Source of the DNA: an uncultured Spirochaetaceae bacterium
GTDB lineage: Bacteria > Spirochaetota > Spirochaetia > Treponematales > Treponemataceae
DNA length: 43,672 bases
Assembly: GCA_902803415.1 (NCBI GenBank)
Contig: CADCQA010000165.1
Span: forward strand, 1-43,672
Direction of reading: 5' to 3'
Part shown: positions 35,349 to 43,672 of the stretch, piece after piece
Numbering within the stretch: position 1 is the first letter of the stretch
Layout: each line of letters opens with the position of its first letter
Position numbers and translations under genes: made by a program
The notes under the pieces: generated by a model
What the model saw: the letters and a program-made list of their open reading frames with translations, nothing else
The model's database searches: none
What the model was told of the DNA's origin: nothing

Positions 35349-36125
35349 ATGGATTACTTTGGGAAAATAAATCGGACGGCCCTGCCCCGGCGCAGGATAC
35401 TGTGCATGGCGCTTCTTTCCTGCCTGCTGCTGCAGGTACACGGAGAAACGCCGGTGTTCTCGGAAAAACTCCCTGCCGAAGACCGGCGCAAGGTGGAAAA
35501 CGGCGAAGTCGTCATCAGGAAACTCAGTTCCGTCAAAGATCTCTGTATCAGCAGCAGCAATCCCTGCGTGCAGAAAGCCGTGCAGTCGATGAAAAAACTG
35601 AAGCCGGTCTACATTGCCGAAATCATCCGGGTCTATCCCTGCAAGGGCAATGAAGATCTGCCGGAACGCTTCCGCGGAAAAATTATGGACATTCCCTCCT
35701 ATGCAGGCATTCCGTATTATTCCGAGCACGGCGGCAAATGGTATGACCTCTATTCCAGTGCAGAAATTGTGTCCCAGGAATCCACCCGGCTTCCGGGCGG
35801 CGCGCAGACAGAAACCGTGCTCGCAAACCTGGAGATGTCGCCGTTCGGACTGATAGAGACGCGCATAGAAAGCATGCTTGACAGAAACGGCTACTATTAT
35901 GAATCCAGAAACCTGAACAAGCTCCGCTACCACGACCAGTTCACCTGCGTCCAGCCGCAAAAAATGCAGTCAGTCATTGCCATCTTCCGCAGCGGCGACC
36001 AGTGGATTCTTTATGGTATCGGCGGGGTAAACGCACCGGATGTCTTTTTCCTGCGCAACAGAATTGAAATATCCTTTATAAACCGCATAAAGACATTCTG
36101 CTCGTATTTCTTTACAAACTTTTAA
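35349..36125 (+). CDS. Exported hypothetical protein (resembles spirochaetal DUF6675 family)
   Basis: Start set at ATG 35349. Signal-like N-terminus; GIPYYSE..WYDLY and C-terminal RIEISFINRIKTF pattern recalled from treponemal DUF6675 proteins. Family call is tentative. Confidence 0.7.
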   Translation: MDYFGKINRTALPRRRILCMALLSCLLLQVHGETPVFSEKLPAEDRRKVENGEVVIRKLSSVKDLCISSSNPCVQKAVQSMKKLKPVYIAEIIRVYPCKGNEDLPERFRGKIMDIPSYAGIPYYSEHGGKWYDLYSSAEIVSQESTRLPGGAQTETVLANLEMSPFGLIETRIESMLDRNGYYYESRNLNKLRYHDQFTCVQPQKMQSVIAIFRSGDQWILYGIGGVNAPDVFFLRNRIEISFINRIKTFCSYFFTNF

Positions 36126-36144
36126 TTTGGAAGTATACTGAGCC

Positions 36145-37269
36145 ATGGATTCGCAAATCTTTACAGATGTTATCATTCTTGCGGGCGGAATCGGAGAACG
36201 GCTGTGGCCCGCATCCCGTCCGGATTATCCCAAACAGTTCATTTCACTTTCAGACGGAGTATCGTTCCTGCAGTCATCCATACTGCGGGCGCTTGCCGTG
36301 CAGCCGACGGGAAAAATCATAGTCATAACGCGCAGCGACCTGCTGCAGCCGGTTTCCGAACACTGCGCCCACCTGCTCTACGATCTGGATGAGCAGCAGC
36401 GGCACAAACTGCAGGAAGACCTGCTCATTCTTGCCGAACCGTGCGCCCGGCACACCTGCGCCCCGCTCATGCTTTCCTGCGAACTGCTGGAACTCATGGA
36501 TAATTCCGCGCCGCACACCATGCTTGTGCTTGCGAGCGACCACGTCATCAGTCCGGTCAGTGCCTTTGCCGCCGATTGCCGCAAGGCAGCCGCCACCGCA
36601 AATGACGGATATTTCGTCTGTTTTGCCATACCGCCGAACGAACCTGCAACCGGCTACGGCTATATAAAGGAAGGCGCACCGATTTCCGCCGACGGCAGTG
36701 TCTTTGCCATTGCCCAGTTCAAGGAAAAGCCGGACGAGGAAACAGCCCGGCAATACCTTGCAAGCGGCTCCTATACGTGGAACAGCGGCATGTTTGCCTT
36801 TACCAGTGCATTCTTCAAGGAGGAAGTGCGCCGCTACGAACCGGACATCGCCGGAGCCTTCAAAGTATTTGCCGGGGCACAGCGGCCGGAAGAGCGCACG
36901 GTAAACGGCATCAAGTACATCAGCAACTGGGCGCCGATGGAAGAAGCATACCGCAGCGTACCCGCAGTTGCTGTTGACAATGCCATTGCAGAACGTACCG
37001 GCCGCGCTGCTGCAGTACGGGCCAGCTTTGGCTGGGATGATGTGGGCAGCTGGGATGCCTTTGAAAAACTGTTCTCCAAAAATGACAGCAAGACAGTAGA
37101 AATCAAGGGCGGAAACAACTTTGTCTACTCGGACATTCCCGTAGCGCTCTGCGGAGTGGAAGACCTCGTGGTCGTCATCAAGAACGGCAGTGCACTCATC
37201 ATGAAGAAAGGCGCCAGCGGCATGATGCGCGAAGTCGTCCAGAAGGTAAAGTCGCAGGGTAAAAGCTGA
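36145..37269 (+). CDS. manC: Mannose-1-phosphate guanylyltransferase (monofunctional, no PMI cupin)
   Basis: ILAGGIGERLWPASRPDYPKQF, EP, SDHVI, PATGYGYI, FKEKPD, WNSGMF and GWDDVGSW. Confidence 0.92.
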   Translation: MDSQIFTDVIILAGGIGERLWPASRPDYPKQFISLSDGVSFLQSSILRALAVQPTGKIIVITRSDLLQPVSEHCAHLLYDLDEQQRHKLQEDLLILAEPCARHTCAPLMLSCELLELMDNSAPHTMLVLASDHVISPVSAFAADCRKAAATANDGYFVCFAIPPNEPATGYGYIKEGAPISADGSVFAIAQFKEKPDEETARQYLASGSYTWNSGMFAFTSAFFKEEVRRYEPDIAGAFKVFAGAQRPEERTVNGIKYISNWAPMEEAYRSVPAVAVDNAIAERTGRAAAVRASFGWDDVGSWDAFEKLFSKNDSKTVEIKGGNNFVYSDIPVALCGVEDLVVVIKNGSALIMKKGASGMMREVVQKVKSQGKS

Positions 37270-37323
37270 GCACACAGCGGCAAGTCTTGCACAGAATGCA
37301 GTAATCTTCTATACTATTGCATT

Positions 37324-39633
37324 ATGAACAGAAGACTTATCACTTCAGCTTTACCTTATGTGAACAATATTCCCCATCTCGGTAACCTCATCCAGATGCT
37401 GAGTGCCGATGTTTTTGCCCGCTTCTGCCGCAGCCGCGGTTACGAGACGCTTTATGTCTGCGGGACTGACGAATACGGCACCGCAACAGAAACGCGCGCC
37501 ATCGAGATGCATAAGACACCCAGAGAACTCTGTGACTACTACTACGCCCAGCACGTAGACATCTATAACTGGTTTGATATCGCCTTTGATAAATTCGGGC
37601 GCACATCCAACGAAGAGTGCACGGAAATCACCCAGTCCATCTTCCTTGACCTTGACAAAAACGGCTATATCAAGGAGCACACGAACAAGCAGCTTTTCTG
37701 TCCGCACTGCAACATGTTCCTTGCGGACCGCTTTGTGCGCGGTACCTGCCCCAAGTGCGGCTACGAAGATGCACGCGGCGACCAGTGCGAAAAGTGCGGT
37801 TCACTGCTCGACCCCACCGACCTGAAAAATCCCCGCTGCTCCACCTGCGGGGCAACGCCGGAAATCCGGGAGACCAGGCACCTGTACATCGACCTTCCGT
37901 CCATCAGCAGCAAGCTGGACGAATGGATGACCAAAGCCAGCAAGGAAGGCCGCTGGTCAGAAAATGCCATAAAAATCACCAAGGCATGGATACGCGACGG
38001 TCTGAACGAGCGCGCCATTACCCGCGACCTTAAATGGGGCATTCCCGTGCCCAAGCCGGGTTATGAAAACAAAGTCTTCTATGTCTGGTTCAATGCACCT
38101 ATCGGCTACCTTTCCATCACCAAGCAGCTGGCGGATGAACGCCTGCGTGACGGAAAAGAAAGCTTTGACTGGAAGAGCTGGTGGCTGCCGGAAGAAAGCG
38201 AGGAAGCAAAGGGCAAGCCGCCCGTGGAGCTTTTCCAGTTCATCGGCAAGGACAATATTCCCTTCCATACCGTTGTTTTCCCCTGCAGCGAGCTGGGCAG
38301 CGGGCACAACTGGACAAAGCTTTTCCACATGTCCTCCACGGAATATCTGAATTACGAGGACGGTAAATTCTCCAAGAGCAAGGGCGTGGGCGTATTCGGC
38401 AGCGACGCCAAGGAAAGCGGCATAAAGGCAGATGCGTGGCGCTTCTACATCTTCTATAACCGCCCGGAAACACAGGATTATCAGTTCACGTGGAAGGAAT
38501 TCCGTGAAAAGTATAACGGAGAGCTTATCGGCAACCTGGGCAACCTTGTAAACCGGACGCTGCTCTTCGTTACCAAGTACTATGACGGCAAAATCCCCGA
38601 CGCCCCGGTGGACGAGGCGCTTTGGGAAAATATCCGCAGGCACGAGGCCAAAGTCACTGAGTATCTGGAGTGGGCAGACCTGAAAGATGCATTCCATGAG
38701 ATTTTTGCAATTTCAGACATCGGCAACAAGGCCTTCCAGGACGGGGAACCGTGGAAGACGCGGATAAGCGACCCGGAACGCGCAGCAAAGCTCATTCACA
38801 ACCTGAGCTATCTCATCAAGGACCTGATGATTATGGCGCACCCCTACATGCCGCAGTTCACGGAGACCATCATGTCATACCTTGGCAAACAGATTTCCGA
38901 GCCGCGGCTTGGTGTGCCCGGCATTGCAGGCGGCCTTACCTGGGCAGACCTGGGAAAAACCGAGGGGCTTTCCGAGGTGAAGGACAGCGCCGTCTACTTT
39001 ACCCCGCTTGACCAGAAAACCGCCGACGCATTCCGCGCAAAGTTCTCCGGCAGCCAGAAAGAACGCGCCCAAAAAGAAGAAAAGAAGGCAAAAAAAGAGA
39101 AAAAACAGCCCAAGGCTCCGGAACTTGCTCCTGACCAGTGTGCATTCTTCAACGAGAAAATCGATCTGCGCGTGGCGGTCATCACTAAGGTTGAAGAGAA
39201 TCCTTCCAGCGACAAGCTGTACGTGGAGCATCTTGACGACGGCACCGGCACAGAGCGTATCATCCAGAGCGGTCTGCGCGACTACCTGAAACCGGAAGAC
39301 CTATTGGGAAAACACATCATTCTTGCCTATAATCTTGCTCCCCGCACTATGCGCGGCATAGAAAGCCACGGCATGCTGCTTGCAGCAGATTACAAGGATG
39401 CAGACGGTAAGGATTGTGTCGAACCGCTGGAAGCCCCGTGGGCACCTGCCGGCACAAAAATCATGCTTGAAGGCAGCGCCGCAGCGGAAAAACCGGCGGA
39501 AATATCAGCTGACGATTTCTTTAAGGTGGCAGTCCGCGTAGTCGGAAAGTCCGTGCAGGTGGGCGGCACCCCGCTGACCGCAGACGGAAAGGCACTCACT
39601 ACCACCTTCACAGAAAACGGCGACGTACACTGA
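37324..39633 (+). CDS. metG: Methionine--tRNA ligase with C-terminal tRNA-binding OB domain
   Basis: ITSALPYVNNIPHLGN, GTDEYGT, four CxxC, ITRDLKWGIPVP, YVWF, GKDNIPFH and KFSKS. C-terminal DLRVA..KLYV..NLAPRTMRGIESHGMLLAA. Confidence 0.98.
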   Translation: MNRRLITSALPYVNNIPHLGNLIQMLSADVFARFCRSRGYETLYVCGTDEYGTATETRAIEMHKTPRELCDYYYAQHVDIYNWFDIAFDKFGRTSNEECTEITQSIFLDLDKNGYIKEHTNKQLFCPHCNMFLADRFVRGTCPKCGYEDARGDQCEKCGSLLDPTDLKNPRCSTCGATPEIRETRHLYIDLPSISSKLDEWMTKASKEGRWSENAIKITKAWIRDGLNERAITRDLKWGIPVPKPGYENKVFYVWFNAPIGYLSITKQLADERLRDGKESFDWKSWWLPEESEEAKGKPPVELFQFIGKDNIPFHTVVFPCSELGSGHNWTKLFHMSSTEYLNYEDGKFSKSKGVGVFGSDAKESGIKADAWRFYIFYNRPETQDYQFTWKEFREKYNGELIGNLGNLVNRTLLFVTKYYDGKIPDAPVDEALWENIRRHEAKVTEYLEWADLKDAFHEIFAISDIGNKAFQDGEPWKTRISDPERAAKLIHNLSYLIKDLMIMAHPYMPQFTETIMSYLGKQISEPRLGVPGIAGGLTWADLGKTEGLSEVKDSAVYFTPLDQKTADAFRAKFSGSQKERAQKEEKKAKKEKKQPKAPELAPDQCAFFNEKIDLRVAVITKVEENPSSDKLYVEHLDDGTGTERIIQSGLRDYLKPEDLLGKHIILAYNLAPRTMRGIESHGMLLAADYKDADGKDCVEPLEAPWAPAGTKIMLEGSAAAEKPAEISADDFFKVAVRVVGKSVQVGGTPLTADGKALTTTFTENGDVH

Positions 39634-39698
39634 AAATGTTTCCCCCTGCATGCAGGGGGATGGCAGCGGTGACAGCACTATACCGCAAGGAATCAACA

Positions 39699-40517
39699 GT
39701 GAAAAGGATACATCCGCCGAAAGCATTACAGTTTCTGGTCTGTACTATTGCAGTGATCCTGTTCTGCATTGCTGTGCTGTGTAAGCTCTACCACCGGAGC
39801 CCCCTGGAACTTTGTTCCGATCCTGCCTACCAGACAGCGCTGCAATCCGAACAGGGGGAAACCTGGCTGCATGAGGTGCTTGCGACGGGGCACAGCTACT
39901 ACCTCTACCTGCCCGAAGCATTGCGGGATTGTAAAGAGCCGGATGTAAAAATTCCGCTTATTGTGGCCTTCCACGGTTCCCAGGGGAAATCAGGCGCTGT
40001 CAGAAAGATGGGGCAGCGCTTCATCAGTCCGGAATTCCAGGAGCGGGTCTCACCTGCCGGTGCTGCAGTACTTGTCATGCAGTCCCGCATCGACTATTTT
40101 ACCGACCCGCACAGCATGAGTCTCCTGATTCAAAATGTAGTCTTAAAAAATAAATGTATTGACAAGACAAATATCATTGCCTTTGGTTTTTCCCAGGGGG
40201 CAAAATTCGCAGTGGAACTGGCCTGCACCGAACCGCGTCTTTTCCGTGCCGTAATTTCCGGCAGCGGTTTTTATCAGATAAGCTTCAGGGAACTGCTTTC
40301 CGTCCTTCCTGTATCGTTCTACTCTGCACTGTCAGAAAATGACAAGGGTATATTTGAGCAAGGAGTACAGACGGGACGGCTCTGCGGAATGTTCTGCCGC
40401 AATTCCCGGTACGTCCAATACAAGGAACGCTACCATTTCTGCATTGAGCTTTACGACAAGACCGGCAGGAATGAAGAGACCATGGAAGACTGGCTGCTGC
40501 ACATCATCAATCAATAA
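39699..40517 (+). CDS. Membrane-anchored alpha/beta hydrolase (esterase-like)
   Basis: N-terminal TM helix, YYLYLP, PLIVAFHG, nucleophile GFSQG, candidate Asp in SENDKG and His in RYHF. GTG start after AAGGA. Confidence 0.82.
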   Translation: MKRIHPPKALQFLVCTIAVILFCIAVLCKLYHRSPLELCSDPAYQTALQSEQGETWLHEVLATGHSYYLYLPEALRDCKEPDVKIPLIVAFHGSQGKSGAVRKMGQRFISPEFQERVSPAGAAVLVMQSRIDYFTDPHSMSLLIQNVVLKNKCIDKTNIIAFGFSQGAKFAVELACTEPRLFRAVISGSGFYQISFRELLSVLPVSFYSALSENDKGIFEQGVQTGRLCGMFCRNSRYVQYKERYHFCIELYDKTGRNEETMEDWLLHIINQ

Positions 40518-40643
40518 GCACGACTACACACCCTTTGCGTTCCGGCGCCTGCACGGGGCTTTTCCTGCGGCTGTATTCTGCCGATATTGAAGAAGGCACC
40601 CGCAGCATTTTCTCACACCAGTATCGGGTTGCCGCAGGACACT

Positions 40644-41906
40644 ATGGAAGCACAGCGATTTTTACAGACTCCCTTCTGGGCAGAATTCAAAGCCTGCCAT
40701 GGATGGAAAGCACTCTATTTCCAAATTGATGCAGATGGAAGTATTTTACCAGGTAACAATGAAGAAAAAAATAGACAAACTCTGGATATTTCTAGCAGTA
40801 AAAACCAGTACACTTCAGACTATTTAGACAAAAATAGACAAGATAAGAAACTTTCTAGCACAGCTGTGCAAAAATCTATTCTTCCTCAGACTGATTCTAG
40901 CTTTCACACCGTCAGCAGCCTTACCGTTCTTGTGCGCTCGTTTTCGGTAAAATTCCGTTCTTTCAGTATTGCCTATATTCCCATGTCACCGGAAGCTCCG
41001 GCAGATGCAGCAAGCCCAGACGGCACGGCTGCGTACCGTACACGGCTTCAGCAGCTGGCAGCCATGCTCAAACCCTATCTGCCGGACAATACCATATGCG
41101 TGCGTTTTGACCCACCCGTGGATTTCAGCAGCTGCGAGGAGCGGGATGCCTTTGCAGAAGCGCTGCCCCACCGTAGCAAAAGCAAGTCTGAAGCCATGCC
41201 GCCGCTCATCCATGCCCCGGTTGCCGTACAGCCGCCGGACACCGTACTGCTTCCGCTCGCTCTGGAGGAAACAGAACTCCTTTCCGCCATGAAAAGCAAA
41301 TGGCGCTACAACATTCGTCTTGCTGAAAAAAAAGGTGTTACTGTCCAGGCATGGCATGCTGCAGACAACGGATTTGAAGAGGCTTTCGATCATTTCTATG
41401 AACTCTTCCAGACAACCAGCGAGCGCGACGGCGTAAGTTTCCATGCAAAATCTTACTACCGGGACCTGCTGGAGCGGGGAACGCCGGATCCATCCAGACC
41501 GGACAAGCCGCTCATCACCTTGTACCTTGCCCGCCATGAACAAGATTACCTTGCAGGCATTATCACCCTGTTCTGCAGAAGGGAAGCCGTCTACCTGTAC
41601 GGGGCAAGCGGAAATGTCAAGCGGAATTTCATGCCCGCATACCTTCTCCAGTGGACGGCAATAAAGGATGCAAAGCAGTTCGGTTCCCCGGTCTACGATT
41701 TCTATGGAATGCCGCCCACAGATGATCCAAACCACCCCATGCACGGGCTCTATCTTTTTAAGACAGGTTTTGGCGGGCAGATTGTGCACCGACCCGGAAG
41801 CTTTGACGTACCGCTCCGCATCAGTGACTACCGCCTGTACATTGCGGCAGAACGGCTGCGGGCATGGTGGCACCGGAAAGTGCTCAAGAAAATCAGGGGC
41901 CGCTGA
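40644..41906 (+). CDS. FemAB/FemX-like peptidoglycan aminoacyltransferase
   Basis: FLQTPFWAEFK..GW, QPPDT, MKSKWRYNIRLAEKKGV, YLYGAS, LQW.AI, YDFYG and GLYLFKTGFGG. ATG 40644 after AGGA is preferred to TTG 40587. Confidence 0.92.
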   Translation: MEAQRFLQTPFWAEFKACHGWKALYFQIDADGSILPGNNEEKNRQTLDISSSKNQYTSDYLDKNRQDKKLSSTAVQKSILPQTDSSFHTVSSLTVLVRSFSVKFRSFSIAYIPMSPEAPADAASPDGTAAYRTRLQQLAAMLKPYLPDNTICVRFDPPVDFSSCEERDAFAEALPHRSKSKSEAMPPLIHAPVAVQPPDTVLLPLALEETELLSAMKSKWRYNIRLAEKKGVTVQAWHAADNGFEEAFDHFYELFQTTSERDGVSFHAKSYYRDLLERGTPDPSRPDKPLITLYLARHEQDYLAGIITLFCRREAVYLYGASGNVKRNFMPAYLLQWTAIKDAKQFGSPVYDFYGMPPTDDPNHPMHGLYLFKTGFGGQIVHRPGSFDVPLRISDYRLYIAAERLRAWWHRKVLKKIRGR

Positions 41907-41924
41907 CAAAAGATAGTATTCAGT

Positions 41925-43672
41925 TTATTTTTTGGCTGACGGCTGGTTCTTTGCAGCCTGCTCAGCTGACTTTTTCTTTGCCTGCATTTTGACCGGCATA
42001 ATACTCAGGTTCACGGTTTTTTCCATAGCCCGGTCAGCAGCAAGGTCGACAGCCCAGAACAGGCTGACAACAAAGGTACGGGAAACCTCCCGCAGCTTGT
42101 TTTCGCAGTCCAGACGCCTGAACGGAATATCTGCGCAGGAGAAACCGCAGGCCTCATTCGGTTCAAAAAGGAAGGATATCCGGTCAGCATTGTCCACAAC
42201 CTGAATCAGAGATACGCCGCTGTCTGCTGTATAGGAACTGTCCGCAGGTACAGTTTTCTTGCTGCCCTTAAGGATAAGCTCGGAAGAATACTGCTGGATT
42301 TCCCGGTCAAACTGAGTCTGGGCAAAGTTCGCCTCCACAACAAGGACGCCCTTGAGCGGGAACGGACTTTCGTTCTTCAGAATGTACTGTACGCTGAAAC
42401 CGCTTGAAGAAATAATGAAATTCTTCCGCAGCGTTACCGGCAGGTGCAGCGAAGAGAATGTCCCCCGCCCCTCCATCTGGATTTCCCTGCGCCGGCAGTC
42501 AAATTTCTTCTCCGTAAACAGCACCTGAGAAAAAATACCCGTACCGGAAGGTTTCTGGCTGAAATAATTCTGAATATCCTGCGGCTCAAAAAGGTGTTCC
42601 ACGAACAGACCGCGCGAATAGGCATCAGTTACCTTGTCGAACTGCTGGATACGGGAAAGGCTCGCCGCATAATTTGCACTTGCGCCGATGATGTCAAGTT
42701 CCGAAACCTGCCCGGAAAGCGGTGAAATGACCGCATGGAATTTCTCCATCTGGCAGATGTATTCGTTCAGCCCGTCACCATTGTAATCGAAATTCGTCAG
42801 TGACTCTGAAAATGCATAGCTGTCCCGCACAATTTTTTCAGCTTCATTCAACAAGCGGTAAGCGCTCTGGCGTTTCCCGGCAATTGCGGGCAAGCCGAGC
42901 GGCAGCGTCACATAATTGAAGCCGCACTGCGCTTCCCAGAGTTTTTCCTGCGCAAAACGCTTGCGCTGCTTGTCGCCGCCATGGCACTGCGCAATTATCA
43001 TGCTGATATACATCATCCGCTCATACAGACGGCGGTTCTGGCGGTACGTGTTCAAAAAATCATAGATGGTAACGGGGAAGCGGCTTTTGTTCTCGCATTT
43101 CTCGTAGACCTTGCGCGCCCACTGCGACACGTTCCGCTCCATTCCAGCCGGAACATAGGCCGGGGTAAAGCGGCGGGCAGCTTTCAAATAGAGCTGCGGC
43201 AGGTCAAAGCGAACCTGGCACTGGGAACTGTCTTCCACCAGCGTGTAAATGTATTTAAAGCATTCCGAGCGGAGGAATTCCTGCCCCCGCTCCACCGGAA
43301 TCGAAATAACAGCAACGGGGTCAAAGCCATTTTCCCCGCTGTCACATTCCTTACGGATGGCCTGCTGAATGCGGGCAACCCATTCCTCCCCCTTTTCGCC
43401 GGAAAGCGGAAGGAAATCCGAGCGGAGGGGCAGCACTTTAAGCGTCTTCCCCTGCTCGCTGGTAATGAGCGGATAGCAGCATTTGCAGGACGAAGGCACA
43501 AGCGTGCTGTCCAGCAGCACATATTCCATGCCGCATGACTGGAACGTCGTTACAAGAGAAGGATCCCAGATGCTGCCAAACAGCGTCATGCCGCGCGGGC
43601 GCTTACCCACCGTAGCACGCAGCAGGGCACTCATTTTTTCTATCTGCCCGCTGCGGTCAACAGGAAAAAGCA
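41925..43672 (-). CDS. GH57-family 4-alpha-glucanotransferase-like protein (5' end beyond the right edge; catalytic residues apparently absent)
   Basis: The frame stays open to the edge (..LFPVDRSGQIEKMSALL). DRSGQIE, KRPRG..WDP, EYVLLD, WEAQC, DYNGDGLNE and the beta-sandwich C-terminus fit the GH57 4-alpha-glucanotransferase layout. Confidence 0.85.
   Translation of the reverse strand, partial: LFPVDRSGQIEKMSALLRATVGKRPRGMTLFGSIWDPSLVTTFQSCGMEYVLLDSTLVPSSCKCCYPLITSEQGKTLKVLPLRSDFLPLSGEKGEEWVARIQQAIRKECDSGENGFDPVAVISIPVERGQEFLRSECFKYIYTLVEDSSQCQVRFDLPQLYLKAARRFTPAYVPAGMERNVSQWARKVYEKCENKSRFPVTIYDFLNTYRQNRRLYERMMYISMIIAQCHGGDKQRKRFAQEKLWEAQCGFNYVTLPLGLPAIAGKRQSAYRLLNEAEKIVRDSYAFSESLTNFDYNGDGLNEYICQMEKFHAVISPLSGQVSELDIIGASANYAASLSRIQQFDKVTDAYSRGLFVEHLFEPQDIQNYFSQKPSGTGIFSQVLFTEKKFDCRRREIQMEGRGTFSSLHLPVTLRKNFIISSSGFSVQYILKNESPFPLKGVLVVEANFAQTQFDREIQQYSSELILKGSKKTVPADSSYTADSGVSLIQVVDNADRISFLFEPNEACGFSCADIPFRRLDCENKLREVSRTFVVSLFWAVDLAADRAMEKTVNLSIMPVKMQAKKKSAEQAAKNQPSAKK

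Noticed and set aside
1-43672. CRISPR arrays, IS elements, retron/RT, toxin-antitoxin or restriction systems
   Set aside because: I found no regularly spaced repeats and no transposase, reverse transcriptase, nuclease or DNA-methylase motifs. Nearly all sequence is accounted for by housekeeping genes.

Overview
A gene-dense core-genome segment of a spirochete, almost certainly a Treponema. The assignment rests on the gene orders rpsB-tsf-frr-uppS-cdsA-dxr-rseP (no pyrH), coaD-rpmF-acpP-rnc and CPBP/comEC/rsmA/rluD, and on an archaeal/eukaryotic-type MetRS. The window holds about 40 protein genes, three tRNAs (Leu-CAG, Gly-TCC, Arg-CCG), several clear sigma70-type promoters and intrinsic terminators. 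Two genes are cut by the edges: mfd on the left and a GH57-like gene on the right. I see no transposase, integrase, prophage, CRISPR array, defence island or other clearly new multi-gene system. The points most worth checking are smaller. The GH57 4-alpha-glucanotransferase homologue appears to have lost both catalytic carboxylates. At least three genes look leaderless (lipoprotein at 21130, manC, metG). An in-frame, AT-rich, internally duplicated insertion sits in the FemX-like gene, and Mfd carries repeat-derived loops. An 11-bp direct repeat brackets an HD-domain gene next to tRNA-Leu. Two related intergenic hairpins about 30 kb apart show a compensatory base change. There are also a few operator-like palindromes and some uncharacterised envelope proteins. 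All protein calls come from motif recognition by eye, not from database searches.
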